Notes under the pieces: model-generated | Database searches by the model: none | What the model saw: only the letters and a program-made list of their open reading frames with translations | What the model was told of the DNA's origin: nothing | In this document: positions 21,959 through 34,658 of the stretch, in pieces | How the letters are laid out: every line of letters starts with the position of its first letter | Position numbering within the stretch: the stretch's first letter is position 1 | Assembly (NCBI GenBank): GCA_019120415.1 | Contig: DWVF01000060.1 | Location: 18,978 to 82,977, forward strand | From: Candidatus Sutterella merdavium | Lineage (GTDB): Bacteria; Pseudomonadota; Gammaproteobacteria; Burkholderiales; Burkholderiaceae_F | DNA length: 64,000 bases | Direction: 5' to 3' | Position numbers and translations under genes: made by a program

Positions 21959-22839
21959 TTCTTCAGGCCTCCCACGCGCGCCGCGTACCAGGCGGCCAGA
22001 TTGAAGACAAGCGTGACGATGAAGAGAACCAGACCCGTCGCGTAGAGAGCGTGATAGTGTTCGCTGCCGACCGCGGCCTCCGCCATTTCGGCGGCGATGC
22101 TCGAGGTCATCGGGCGAACCGGGTCGAAGATGCTCTCGGGAATGATCCCGGCGCCGCCGGCCACCATGAGGACCACCATCGTTTCGCCGATCACGCGCGA
22201 GATGCCGAGCATGATGGCCGTGCAGATGCCGCCCATGGCGTAGCGGAGTTCCACCTTCACGAGCGTTTCCCAGCGCGTGGCGCCGAGCGCAAGGCTCGCC
22301 TCACGCAGGGCGTTGGGCACGTTTTTGAGGGCGTCTTCGGAAATCGACGCGATCGTCGGGATGCACATGAAGGCGAGCATCAGAGCCGCGTTCGTGAGGT
22401 TGAGACCCGACGCGATGTTGAAGGTCTGCTGCAGCCAGGGCGCGAGAACCACCATGCCGATGAAGCCGATCACGACCGAGGGAAGCGCCGCCATCAGTTC
22501 GATGAGGGGCTTCACAAAACGGCGGATCTTTTCGTGCATGCCGCAGTGCATGCAGGCCGCCGTCAGCACGCCGAGAGGCACGGCGATGAGGGTCGTCAAC
22601 AGTGCGCACGCGAGCGATCCCACGATCAGGGCGCCGATGCCGAAACTCGGCTCGTCGTCCGTCGGGTACCACTCCGTGGAAAAGAGAAAGTCCGTCAGGG
22701 ACATTTCCTTGAACGCCGGAAACGCCTGTGCGCAGAGGAAGACAACGATCGCCGTGAGCGATACGACGCTTACCCCTGCGACAAGTTTGAGACTGCGCTC
22801 GAAGAAAAGGTCCGCCCGGAGCTTAGCGGGCATCGCCAT
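21955..22839 (-). CDS. pstC: Phosphate ABC transporter permease PstC
   Basis: ELMAALPSVVIG, REASLALGATRWET, RVIGETMVVLMVAG. Confidence 0.94.
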   Translation of the reverse strand: MAMPAKLRADLFFERSLKLVAGVSVVSLTAIVVFLCAQAFPAFKEMSLTDFLFSTEWYPTDDEPSFGIGALIVGSLACALLTTLIAVPLGVLTAACMHCGMHEKIRRFVKPLIELMAALPSVVIGFIGMVVLAPWLQQTFNIASGLNLTNAALMLAFMCIPTIASISEDALKNVPNALREASLALGATRWETLVKVELRYAMGGICTAIMLGISRVIGETMVVLMVAGGAGIIPESIFDPVRPMTSSIAAEMAEAAVGSEHYHALYATGLVLFIVTLVFNLAAWYAARVGGLKK

Positions 22840-22849
22840 CTTCAGCCTC

Positions 22850-23653
22850 TCAGTTCACAGGCACGAAACCGGACTTTTCAACGAACGTCTGACCTTCGGC
22901 CGAAAGGGCGTAGTCAAGAAGCTTCTTGGCGTCGGCCGATTCCGTCACGGTGAAGAGGTAGAGGTCGCGGGCGATCGGCCAGGAGCGGTCCTTGGCGGAA
23001 GCCATGCTGGCGACCTTGCCGTCGATTTCGAGGGGCTTGGTCTGCTTGTCCATGTAGCCGATGCCGATGTAGCCGATGGCGTTTTCGTTCGAAGCGACCG
23101 CCTGAACGACGCCGCCCGAGGAGGACTGGAGCTGCGCACGGGGCGAAACGCGGGTCTTGCCCATCACGAGTTCCTGCCAGCTTTCAAACGTGCCCGAGGA
23201 GGAGTCGCGGCCGACCACGACGATCGGACGGTCGGCACCGCCCACTTCCTTCCAGTTCTTGATCTTGCCGGCGAAGACGTCGCGCAGCTGAGCCATCGTG
23301 AGGCCCTTGACGGCGTTGTTGTTGTGCACCACCGGGATGATCGCGTCATGAGCCACCGTGTAGCGGTTGGTCTTCATGCCGTGGCTTTCGAAGTCCTGGA
23401 CTTCCTTGCTCTTGAGGTCACGGCTCGACATGGCGATGTCCGTCATCTTGTCGCGAAGCGCCTTGATGCCGTTGCCGGAACCCGAACCCGAAATCGTGAC
23501 CGTCACGTCGGGATTAGCGGCCATAAAGCTTTCCGTAACCTGCTGCATGGCGGGAAGAACCGTCGTGGAGCCGTTCACGGTCACCGTACCGGCATAAGCG
23601 GTCGCCGTCATCGTGCCGAGAGCCGCAAGGGTCATGAGAAGGGTCTTTTTCAT
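22850..23653 (-). CDS. pstS: Phosphate ABC transporter substrate-binding protein PstS (short type)
   Basis: Signal peptide, GSTTVLP, GSGSGNG, DIAMSSR, RDSSSGT, AIGYIG. Confidence 0.93.
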   Translation of the reverse strand: MKKTLLMTLAALGTMTATAYAGTVTVNGSTTVLPAMQQVTESFMAANPDVTVTISGSGSGNGIKALRDKMTDIAMSSRDLKSKEVQDFESHGMKTNRYTVAHDAIIPVVHNNNAVKGLTMAQLRDVFAGKIKNWKEVGGADRPIVVVGRDSSSGTFESWQELVMGKTRVSPRAQLQSSSGGVVQAVASNENAIGYIGIGYMDKQTKPLEIDGKVASMASAKDRSWPIARDLYLFTVTESADAKKLLDYALSAEGQTFVEKSGFVPVN

Positions 23654-23717
23654 TTTGCTTTCCTATCAATTCAACTCAACTCGCCAACGGCGGAACCTTC
23701 CGCCGTTCGCATGGCGA

Positions 23718-23773
23718 AGTATGGGGACCCCAAATGACACGGCCGTTACAACAAAATGACAATTTCATGAAAA
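23718..23773 (-). promoter_or_regulatory. PhoB-dependent promoter: four Pho-box half-sites plus -10
   Basis: Minus strand TTTTCAT, TTGTCAT, TTGTAAC, GTGTCAT at an exact 11-bp period (plus-strand starts 23767, 23756, 23745, 23734), then 10 bp, then CATACT. Confidence 0.88.
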
Positions 23774-23777
23774 ATGC

Positions 23778-23819
23778 AAAACGGGACGTCCCCCGGCAAG
23801 GAGAACATCCCGTTTTTTT
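23778..23819. terminator. Intrinsic terminator after the Nudix gene, just upstream of the Pho box
   Basis: AAAACGGGACGT...ACATCCCGTTTTTTT. Confidence 0.75.
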
Positions 23820-23838
23820 CTCACGACTGCAGTCTGAA

Positions 23839-24519
23839 TCAAGGCTTCACGCCGTGCGCTCCGCGTGCCTGCCAAAGATCGAGATCCGCCGCGCGGGCGC
23901 CTTCCGCGTAGAGAGGCAGAAGGGCCTCACCGTTGACGAGGAATTCGTCGAAACGGTCCGCCGCCACGATCCCGAAGTCGTAATCGAGCGCCACGGCCTT
24001 GTAGAGATCGTCCATCGTTTCGAGACGAGCCCCCACGAAGCGGTGACGGCGATCGCGCTCGACCGTCGCGCGGAAGGCCTGCGTCGAGTAAGTGAGCGTG
24101 TCGACGCGGTCTTCCCACACGTCGGGAAGAGCCACGCGGTTCATGATGGCGCCGTCCTTCGGGAGCATGAGTCCCGGGGGACGTTCGCCCGGGTGCATCC
24201 ACACGGTCTTCTGGCCCTCGCGGCACACGGGCGTGCCGCGGAAGTCGCGCGAGCGGTAGAAATGCAGCCGCACGTGACCGTGTTCATAACGGTGTTCCGT
24301 CACGAACCACGGAAAGGACGAGTTGACGGTCATGTCGAGTTCTTCGCGGAACTCGCGCTTGAGCGCGTCCCCCACCGTTTCCCCGTCTTCGAGCTTGCCG
24401 CCCGGAAATTCCCAGTATCCGGCATAGGGCTTTCCTTCGGGGCGCGAACCGATGAGCACGGCGCCGTCTTCCCGGATCAGCACGCCGCAGGCGACTTCAA
24501 TGATTTTTTCTTCCGACAT
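23839..24519 (-). CDS. mutT: MutT-like Nudix hydrolase with a shortened ThiE-like C-terminal domain
   Basis: RPEGKPYAGYWEFPGGKLE...REFREE Nudix box; start MSEEKIIEVACG. Confidence 0.82.
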   Translation of the reverse strand: MSEEKIIEVACGVLIREDGAVLIGSRPEGKPYAGYWEFPGGKLEDGETVGDALKREFREELDMTVNSSFPWFVTEHRYEHGHVRLHFYRSRDFRGTPVCREGQKTVWMHPGERPPGLMLPKDGAIMNRVALPDVWEDRVDTLTYSTQAFRATVERDRRHRFVGARLETMDDLYKAVALDYDFGIVAADRFDEFLVNGEALLPLYAEGARAADLDLWQARGAHGVKP

Positions 24520-24521
24520 AG

Positions 24522-25490
24522 TTATTCCCGAGTATTGAGAGTGATCGTCCCGCGCCAGCCGCAGTGACCGCGGCAGAGATGAATGGTGAGGGAGGAGGCG
24601 GGACGAACGAGCGGGTCGTCGTGCCACACACCGTTTTTCAGTATAACCCCGTCATCCGACGCAATGGCGATGCGGTTCCACTCGAACCCCGGAAGCTCCG
24701 CCGTTACGAGCGCCCGCCAGAAGTCGTCCGCCCCGAGGCGCGCGCCGTGGGTCGCCAGAAAGGCGGCGATGCGTTCGGCCTCGGCCACCGTTTCGGCTCC
24801 GCGGATCGTGAGGGATACACCCTCCTCCCGAATCGCGCTCTTGGCCAAAAGTTCCGCCGCCACTTCCGCGAGGGCTTCGCGCCGGTCGTCGCGCGCACGG
24901 TTCTTGAGCGTGGGACGGGGCGCCGCGATCCAGAGAAAGTCCCCCGTGACGCCCCCTTCCGTCGCGCGGCGCCGAGCGAGCGTGGCGCCTTCGAGTTCCG
25001 TGCAGAGCCGCTCGAGCGTCTCCCGATCGAAGGGCTCTGAAAACACCGCGCCCCAGACGGCCGAGCGCTCCGGCGTTTCGCCGCCGATCCGCTCCACCGC
25101 GACGCGGAAGGTTCCTTCGGCGTCGTGGAGCGTGCGCTCCTCGCTCCAGGCAATCGGACGCTCGACAAGAGGCTGCGAGAGATCTTCGATGAGAGGTCCG
25201 GCCGCGCGCGTGCAGCGCGCCCGGCCGAAGGGCGCGTAGAGTACCGCCTCGGCGGGAAGTCCCAGGCGTTGGGCGGCGACGCCGTGGAGCGTGCGCCAGG
25301 CGCCAGCGAACCCCGCCGTGCCCGGAAGCGGCGCGTCCTCCCCCGTCACGACGGCGACGACGGGCGGACGATCTGTGCCCGTCAGAGACGTGACGCCTGC
25401 GGTGAGGCGCATGCGGGCCGCCAGGAAACCGTTCGCATCGATGCGGCGCACGAGATGGCGCTTCGTGGTGAGAAAAAGCGGTTGAAACAT
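24522..25490 (-). CDS. Highly diverged ArgJ (ornithine acetyltransferase)-like protein, catalytic motif not recognisable
   Basis: Sits in the usual argJ slot between secA and mutT; LTIRGAETVAEAERIA and LTIHLCRG echo the ArgJ beta chain. Confidence 0.55.
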   Translation of the reverse strand: MFQPLFLTTKRHLVRRIDANGFLAARMRLTAGVTSLTGTDRPPVVAVVTGEDAPLPGTAGFAGAWRTLHGVAAQRLGLPAEAVLYAPFGRARCTRAAGPLIEDLSQPLVERPIAWSEERTLHDAEGTFRVAVERIGGETPERSAVWGAVFSEPFDRETLERLCTELEGATLARRRATEGGVTGDFLWIAAPRPTLKNRARDDRREALAEVAAELLAKSAIREEGVSLTIRGAETVAEAERIAAFLATHGARLGADDFWRALVTAELPGFEWNRIAIASDDGVILKNGVWHDDPLVRPASSLTIHLCRGHCGWRGTITLNTRE

Positions 25491-25510
25491 CGCAAAGAAA
25501 ATCCGTCGAC

Positions 25511-25553
25511 AAAAGAAAAAAGGCGAGCCGCCGAAAAGTACGACGGTCTCGCC
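25511..25553 (-). terminator. Intrinsic terminator after secA
   Basis: Minus strand GGCGAGACCGTCG...CGGCGGCTCGCC-TTTTTTCTTTT. Confidence 0.78.
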
Positions 25554-25570
25554 CTGCGGTTCACTTCAGA

Positions 25571-28297
<2,727 letters not shown>

Positions 28298-28500
28298 TGT
28301 TCTTCAACCTGGTCATGGTTCGGGCCGCGCAAAAAAGAGACGGCCCCAAAACGTCCCGGACGGTTCAAAAACAAAAAGAAGGGAAGACGCTCTGCAGATT
28401 CCGTCCTCCCCTTCGCGAATTGAGCCGCCAGGTCGTGCGTTTTTGGATTATCGCACGTTGCCGCACTCATAGGGTTGCGGCATTTTGCAAAAAACCGTTT

Positions 28501-29301
28501 TCATTTTTCGACGCGCTTGGGCGAGCACCGGTCCGTGTAGACCCAGGTGCCCGGACGTCCGAAAAGCGCTTTGAATTCCGAGCAGCGTTCGCTCGAGGCG
28601 ACGAGAAGGCTTCCGCCCGCCCGGAGGAAGGCGTCGCGCTCCTCGGCCTTGGCGTAGGTTTCGGGCGTGACGACGAGAATCTTGACGCCCTCCTTCTGCG
28701 CTTCGGCGATGCGGTGGGTGTTGAGCGCCGGATAGCGGATGCCCGCGTCGAGCGCCGCGAAGTACTGATTGAGGCTCGAAACTTCGACGATCATCCGCTC
28801 GGGCATGGGACAGGCCTTGAGAAGCGCCCCGAAGTCGCGCGCCTTGTCGGTGACGAGCCAGGCGTCCTTTTCACGGAGAATCCGACAGGCGTCCTCAAGA
28901 AAGAGCGGATGCAGCGACCCGTGAAGGAGACTCTCCTCGACGCGCTTTCTCGTGGGCGGCAAAAAGGTGAAAGTCGCCCCGCCCGTCATCTCATAGAACT
29001 CCCGATAGCGGTGCGCCGCGAAATAGTCGCCCCCGATCGTCTTTCGAAGATCGAGCTCCACGAAGCGGTAGCCGTCGCGAAGCGCCCGCTCGAGGGCCTC
29101 GCGGCTGTTCGTGTAGACGTGTCCCTCCACGACCCCCGCGGCGTGCGCGATGGGTTCGGGCGCTCCCGCGTGCGCAAGCGCCTCGGCTTCGGGAACGCGG
29201 TCGAGCGCGCGCCAGAGCGAGTAGGTCCAGCGTTCGCTTTGCTCGACGAGGGCGAGCACGCCCAAAAGAACCAGTGCGATGATGAGAAGAAGACGTTTCA
29301 T
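28501..29301 (-). CDS. Membrane-anchored glycerophosphodiester phosphodiesterase-like protein
   Basis: N-terminal TM/signal; IAHAAG...YTNSREAL...GYRFVELDL, LVTD, C-terminal VYTD. Confidence 0.65.
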   Translation of the reverse strand: MKRLLLIIALVLLGVLALVEQSERWTYSLWRALDRVPEAEALAHAGAPEPIAHAAGVVEGHVYTNSREALERALRDGYRFVELDLRKTIGGDYFAAHRYREFYEMTGGATFTFLPPTRKRVEESLLHGSLHPLFLEDACRILREKDAWLVTDKARDFGALLKACPMPERMIVEVSSLNQYFAALDAGIRYPALNTHRIAEAQKEGVKILVVTPETYAKAEERDAFLRAGGSLLVASSERCSEFKALFGRPGTWVYTDRCSPKRVEK

Positions 29302-29386
29302 GGATGGCTTCGCCTTCACGGCGGCTTTCTAGTGATGCGGTCCGAACGGTTAGAATAGCCTTTTCTTACCTCGTCGAGCGACTTTC

Positions 29387-30277
29387 ATGGCCAAACCGCA
29401 ATACCGATACAAGGAAACGATGTCGCTCTCGCGGCTTTTGTCGGGAGAAAGCAACGACCACCGCCGCTTTTCCTTTTTTCAGGAGTATGCGCGCTCGCGC
29501 GAAGCGGCGGCCGTGATCGGTCCTCTTCTGAAGGCCTGGCGCATCGCCATCGACTTCAGCGACCCGAAGCACTGCCGTCTGCAGGGAAAAAAGCTCATTC
29601 TGACGGTGCGCGACGCCGGGCAGGAAAACCGTCTGCGCCAGCTCACCACGCGCATGAAAAAGGCGCTCGACCAAAAGGGAATCGAAGTCGACGTGATCGA
29701 CATTCACCTCGTTCCCGTTCCCTTCGCCCTCCCCAAACTCCCGCCCGCTCCGCTTGTGGAGCGCCGCGAAACGCTCGAGGGCGCCTTCAGCGTCGCGCGC
29801 TGCGCCGACCGCGTGGACGATCCCGCGCTCAAGGCGACGCTCAAAAGGCTCGAAGAGATCCTCACCCCCAAGACGGGCTACGACGAAGCCCTTCGCGCAC
29901 AGATCGAGCGCGAGACGCAACGGAGAAGCGAACAGATCGAAAACGTTCGCCGCCTGCAGAGCGAACAGAGCGCGCTCGAGCACCTGACTTTTCTCTGTCC
30001 CTCTGCCGAGGACGCGGCGAAGAATCCGGACTTTGCGCCGATCCGCGCCCGCATGCTCGCGAAGATTCACATTCTGCGCACGCGCGAGGCGGAGCTCGAA
30101 AATCTCCTCGCCAAACTGCAGGAGCGCTTCGGCACGCTTCTCAAGGCGCAGGTGCGCCTTGCCCAGGGCGAAGCGCCCTCCGACGTCGCAAGGGATCTAT
30201 ACGCCACCCAGTCGGTGACGGAAACGGACCGGCTCTACGAAGCGGTCCTGGCGGATCAGACACCCGAGGGGCGCTGA
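29387..30277 (+). CDS. DciA/DUF721-like protein with C-terminal coiled-coil extension
   Basis: Opposite-strand gene next to lpxC; KKLILTV...NRLRQL...[16 protein letters not shown] and [12 protein letters not shown] pattern. Confidence 0.6.
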   Translation: MAKPQYRYKETMSLSRLLSGESNDHRRFSFFQEYARSREAAAVIGPLLKAWRIAIDFSDPKHCRLQGKKLILTVRDAGQENRLRQLTTRMKKALDQKGIEVDVIDIHLVPVPFALPKLPPAPLVERRETLEGAFSVARCADRVDDPALKATLKRLEEILTPKTGYDEALRAQIERETQRRSEQIENVRRLQSEQSALEHLTFLCPSAEDAAKNPDFAPIRARMLAKIHILRTREAELENLLAKLQERFGTLLKAQVRLAQGEAPSDVARDLYATQSVTETDRLYEAVLADQTPEGR

Positions 30278-31173
30278 AACCAAAAGTCGACCGGGCAGTC
30301 TTCGGCGCGCTCGAAGGTCGTGAATTCCCACGCCTCTTCATCAGCAAGGAGCGCGCGAAGGAGCTGATTGTTGAGGCCGTGCCCGGACTTGTGGGCGCGG
30401 TAGTGCGCCAGGAGCGGGGAGCCGAGCACGTAGAGGTCCCCCATCGCGTCGAGAATCTTGTGCTTGACGAATTCGTCCTCTGCACGCAGTCCCTCGGGAT
30501 TGAGCACGCGGAATTCGTCCATCACGATGGCGTTCATGAAGCTTCCGCCCTGAGCGAGCCCCATGCGGCGCAGCATTTCCACGTCCTGAACGAAACCGAA
30601 GGTGCGCGCGCGGGCGACGGCCTTCTCATAGGTGTCGTGCGCGAAGTCCACTTCGGCGCGCTGCGCCGTCGCGTCGATCGCGGGGTGACCGAAATCGATT
30701 TCGAAGGTGAGCTTGAAGCCGTTGTGCGGAGAGAGCGAAGCCCACTTGTCGCCTTCCTCGACCCGGACGGTCTTTTTGAGGCGAACGAAGCGCTTCGGAG
30801 CGTCCTGCTCGACGATCCCCGCCTGCTGCATGAGGAAGGAAAAGCTCGCGCCCGAACCGTCCATGATGGGGATTTCCGGGGCATCCACGTCCACGTAGGC
30901 GTTGTCGATGCCGTAGCCGTTCAACGCACTCATCAGGTGCTCGACCGTCGCCACCTGAACGCGGCCGACGTTGAGAGTCGTTGCCATGCGCGTGTCGTTC
31001 ACGCTCAGGGGATTCGAGGGGATTTCCACGACGGGCTTCTGGTCCACGCGTCGAAAGACGATGCCCGTTCCGGGCTCGGCCGGGCGAAGCGTCAGCCGGA
31101 CCTTGCGGCCGCTGTGCAGACCGATCCCGACCGTTTCGGCGGGTTCGCGAAAAGTGCGCTGCTTGAAGTACAT
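30256..31173 (-). CDS. lpxC: UDP-3-O-acyl-GlcNAc deacetylase
   Basis: [35 protein letters not shown]. Confidence 0.98.
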   Translation of the reverse strand: MYFKQRTFREPAETVGIGLHSGRKVRLTLRPAEPGTGIVFRRVDQKPVVEIPSNPLSVNDTRMATTLNVGRVQVATVEHLMSALNGYGIDNAYVDVDAPEIPIMDGSGASFSFLMQQAGIVEQDAPKRFVRLKKTVRVEEGDKWASLSPHNGFKLTFEIDFGHPAIDATAQRAEVDFAHDTYEKAVARARTFGFVQDVEMLRRMGLAQGGSFMNAIVMDEFRVLNPEGLRAEDEFVKHKILDAMGDLYVLGSPLLAHYRAHKSGHGLNNQLLRALLADEEAWEFTTFERAEDCPVDFWFQRPSGV

Positions 31174-31246
31174 GACGGAAACTCGTTTCTGCGGAGTCGG
31201 AAGAGAGAAAAAACAAACGGCCGGAACGGGCCGGCCGCTTGAGGGA

Positions 31247-32452
31247 TCACTTGGAGCGCAGATAACTCGGCACCGTGAACTTGCCCACCGAAAGGTCGGG
31301 CGCGGCGGGTTCGGGCGCGGGCTGCGGCGCCGGAGCCTCCGTCGCGGGCGCTTCGGCCTGGGGTTCCGCCGCGGGCGTCATCGTCGGCACCGCAACGGGG
31401 GGCACCGTCATGGAGACGGGCGTGGCCACGGGCTGCGCAAAGTCGACGCCGACGTTGGGGACGTTCCAGACCTTGCCGCTCGTCTGCGGCGCTTCCGCGA
31501 CGCGGTCCAGACCGGTCGCCACGACCGTGACGCGCACTTCGTCGCCCATTTCCTCGCTCAGGGCCGAACCGAAGATGACGGTCGCCTGCGAGGTGGAGAA
31601 GGTGTTGAGAATGTCCATGGCCTCGCGGATTTCCGCCAGGGTGAGGGATTCGTCGCCCGTGAAGTAGACGAGCAGACCGCGGGCGCCCTGCAGGTTGGCG
31701 CCTTCGAGAAGCGGACAGGCGATCGCCTTTTCGGCGGCCACGCGGGCGCGGTTTTCGCCCGAAGCCGTCGCCAGGCCGATGATGGCCGTGCCGCGTTCGC
31801 TCATGACGGTCTTGATGTCTTCGAAGTCGACGTTGATCGTGCCCGGGGTGTGAATGATTTCGGCGATGCCCACGCAGGCCTTGTAGAGCACTTCGTTGCT
31901 CGTCTCAAAGCATTCCTTCATCGTGGCTTTGGGCGGGCATTCGCTCTCGAGCTTTTCGTTGAGGATCACGATCATCGAGTCGACCTTGTCCTTGAGCTTC
32001 TCGATGCCGGCTTCGGCCGCGCGCATGCGGCGGGAGCCTTCGAAGCTGAAGGGCTTGGTGACGACGGCCACCGTCAGGATGCCGAGCTCCTTGGCGATTT
32101 CGGCGATGACGGGCGCGGCGCCCGTACCCGTGCCGCCGCCCATGCCGGCCGTGATGAAGAGGAGATGCGCCCCGCGGATGGCGGCTTCGATTTGCTCGCG
32201 CTTTTCCTCCGCCGCGGCGGCGCCGATTTCCGGACGGGCGCCCGCACCGAGCCCGGTGCTGCCGAGCTGAATGTTGACGTGCGCCTTCGAGCGCTGCAGC
32301 GCCTGATGGTCCGTGTTGGCCGCGATGAATTCGATCCCCTTGGCGCCGTGGTCGATCATGTGTTCGACGGCGTTTCCGCCGCCACCGCCCACGCCGATGA
32401 CCTTGATCACCGTGTTGAGCGGATCGTATTCCTGCAGAATTTCAAAAGGCAT
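31247..32452 (-). CDS. ftsZ: Cell division protein FtsZ
   Basis: [26 protein letters not shown]-terminal VPSYLR; start MPFEIL. Confidence 0.98.
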   Translation of the reverse strand: MPFEILQEYDPLNTVIKVIGVGGGGGNAVEHMIDHGAKGIEFIAANTDHQALQRSKAHVNIQLGSTGLGAGARPEIGAAAAEEKREQIEAAIRGAHLLFITAGMGGGTGTGAAPVIAEIAKELGILTVAVVTKPFSFEGSRRMRAAEAGIEKLKDKVDSMIVILNEKLESECPPKATMKECFETSNEVLYKACVGIAEIIHTPGTINVDFEDIKTVMSERGTAIIGLATASGENRARVAAEKAIACPLLEGANLQGARGLLVYFTGDESLTLAEIREAMDILNTFSTSQATVIFGSALSEEMGDEVRVTVVATGLDRVAEAPQTSGKVWNVPNVGVDFAQPVATPVSMTVPPVAVPTMTPAAEPQAEAPATEAPAPQPAPEPAAPDLSVGKFTVPSYLRSK

Positions 32453-32539
32453 GGCAAACCTCAAAATGTCGAATCTCGTAATTATCACCGAGAACGGCGT
32501 TTCTTGCACGCCGTTTTCTTTGAAAACGGCGCCGACGTA

Positions 32540-33784
32540 TCAATAGTCCCCGATCAGAACGTTCTTCAAATTCTGAAGGAACCCCGGCGCGGAGAGGTTG
32601 AGAAGCTGTCTGTCGCCCTTTCCCGCCACCTTGTCGGCCGCCTCGCCGATGAGTCCCATCACGACGCTCGCGTCGGGCTGATTGATGAGCTGCGGGGCGC
32701 CGTCGATGTTGTTGGGAAGCCCCACCCGCACGGTCTTTCCGGGGAAGATGTCGCGCGCCCGCTCGGGAAGTCCCGCGAGGTTGGCGCCACCCCCGGTGAG
32801 AACGATCGTCCTTACGCGTTCGAGGTCGCCGCGTTCCTCGAGAAGCTTGCGGTAGTGCCGCAGGAATTCGTCGGCGCGCGCCTTGAGGACCGTCGCCATG
32901 AGGCGGCGCGAATAGGCCCGCTGCCGTCTTCCGTTTTCGGGCGTCGGAACGACGCTTTCCCAGTCGTTCACCCGCTCGGGCAGGCACGTACCGCGCAGAA
33001 GCTTGATTTCCTCGGCCTGCTCGATCGTGATGTCGAGCACGCTCGCGAGGTCCTTCGTGAAGAACTGCGCTCCCCAGGGAATCACGTCCGTGTAGCGCAC
33101 GGCCCCTTCCGTGTATACCGCAAAGCTCGTCGTGTCGGCGCCCATGTCGATCACGGCCGCGCCGCACGCGGCGTCGTCGGGCCGGATGACGGCCCGAGCA
33201 CTCGCCCAAGGCTGCGGCGAATAGTCGCCCACCTCGACGCCCGCGCGCTGAATGGTGGCGCGAAGCGTCTGCGAACTCATGGCGTCGGAGAAAACCGCGT
33301 GCATGTGCGCTTCGATGCTCTCGCCCATGAGTCCCACGGGATTCTTGCTGTCCTCCACTTCGCCCACGCGATAGCCCTGCAACCTCGTTTTGAGGAGGTT
33401 CCGTTCGCCCGCGAGCTTGCGGCAGTGTTCATAGGCGTTTCGCACGGCCTCGTCGACGTCTTCCTGCCGGACTTCCCGGCCGCGCAGCACCGCCACGCCG
33501 CGGGCGTTGGCGCTCGTGACGACGGAGCCGCCGATCGCGGGCCAGACGGTTCTCACCGAGACGCCCGCCGTGTTCTGGGCCTCCTGCAGGGCCGTGCGGA
33601 TGGAAAAAACGGCCTTTTCCACGTCGTAGATGATGCCGTTTTTGATGCCCTGCGACGGAACGCGCCCGAAGCCGAGCACCTTGAAGCATCCCTCCAAGGT
33701 GTCGGAAGGCCGGGCGATGACGCAGAGCACCTTGCTTGAGCCCGCGTCAATGGCAGCCAGAATGTCCGTACTCGTATTGGCCAT
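32540..33784 (-). CDS. ftsA: Cell division protein FtsA
   Basis: AIDAGSSKV, VIDMGADTT, AEEIK, VLTGGGANL; start MANTST. Confidence 0.93.
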   Translation of the reverse strand: MANTSTDILAAIDAGSSKVLCVIARPSDTLEGCFKVLGFGRVPSQGIKNGIIYDVEKAVFSIRTALQEAQNTAGVSVRTVWPAIGGSVVTSANARGVAVLRGREVRQEDVDEAVRNAYEHCRKLAGERNLLKTRLQGYRVGEVEDSKNPVGLMGESIEAHMHAVFSDAMSSQTLRATIQRAGVEVGDYSPQPWASARAVIRPDDAACGAAVIDMGADTTSFAVYTEGAVRYTDVIPWGAQFFTKDLASVLDITIEQAEEIKLLRGTCLPERVNDWESVVPTPENGRRQRAYSRRLMATVLKARADEFLRHYRKLLEERGDLERVRTIVLTGGGANLAGLPERARDIFPGKTVRVGLPNNIDGAPQLINQPDASVVMGLIGEAADKVAGKGDRQLLNLSAPGFLQNLKNVLIGDY

Positions 33785-33827
33785 GGGAACGTTCGAAAAT
33801 CGCGTGGGGAAAAGAATTATTGTACCG

Positions 33828-34658
33828 TCAGGCTCCGGGCGAAATCGGCGCGGGGACCTGCGTTTGACCGTCCCGCCCTTTTTCGCGCCAGGCGCGAATG
33901 AGGTTTTCGTCAGGGTTCGACGCCGCAAACGCCTTCGCGTAGCGCAGATCCACCGAGGCGGGCGGGCCGCCCAACTTCGTGCGCACCTGATCGTAGACCT
34001 TTACGAAAGCCCCGAGGCGCTTCGCCACCGAATCGAGCCCTTCGTCGTCGCGGCCGAGTTCGACCTGCGTGGGCGGGATTTCTTCGCCCGAAAAGACGAG
34101 GGACCAGCTTGCGCGGTCGGAAATCTGAAAGTCGGTGATCCGCACCGAAAGGGGTGCGAGCACGTCGGAGAGCCGCACGAAGGCCTCGGTCATGAGGGAG
34201 ACCTGCTGCTCGGGCCCGTAGAAGACGGGAAGACGGCTCTCCCCGGCCTCTTCGGGATTGGCAGCAAAGAGTACGCCCCGGTCGCTCACGATCCGTCCGT
34301 CCTCGTAGAGCGCAAGCGCCTTGTGGCGCTCCACCTCCACGATGAGGCGGTCGGGAAAGACGCGGCGCACCGTGGCGCAAGCAACCCAGGGAAGTGTTTC
34401 CACGGCCTCCTTCACGCGCCCGAGATCGGCCGTGAAGAAGTTCCCGGACACCGCCTTTTCGACGACCGCCCCCACCTGGCGCGTCGTCACCTGAATCCCG
34501 TCGGCGTTCTTCACGCTCAGAGAGCGAAAGGAAAGCGTGGGATTCGACCGGACGTGCCAGAGGTAGGCGGTGCCCAAAAGCGCCGCGACGAGACAGGCCG
34601 CCGCAACGGGCTTGCCGAAGCGCCGCACGACGGAGCGGTCCTCTTCACTCCACATCAT
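33828..34658 (-). CDS. ftsQ: Cell division protein FtsQ
   Basis: TM, POTRA (GNFFTADL, LPWV...VRRVFPD), LPVFYGP, VDLRY. Confidence 0.9.
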   Translation of the reverse strand: MMWSEEDRSVVRRFGKPVAAACLVAALLGTAYLWHVRSNPTLSFRSLSVKNADGIQVTTRQVGAVVEKAVSGNFFTADLGRVKEAVETLPWVACATVRRVFPDRLIVEVERHKALALYEDGRIVSDRGVLFAANPEEAGESRLPVFYGPEQQVSLMTEAFVRLSDVLAPLSVRITDFQISDRASWSLVFSGEEIPPTQVELGRDDEGLDSVAKRLGAFVKVYDQVRTKLGGPPASVDLRYAKAFAASNPDENLIRAWREKGRDGQTQVPAPISPGA

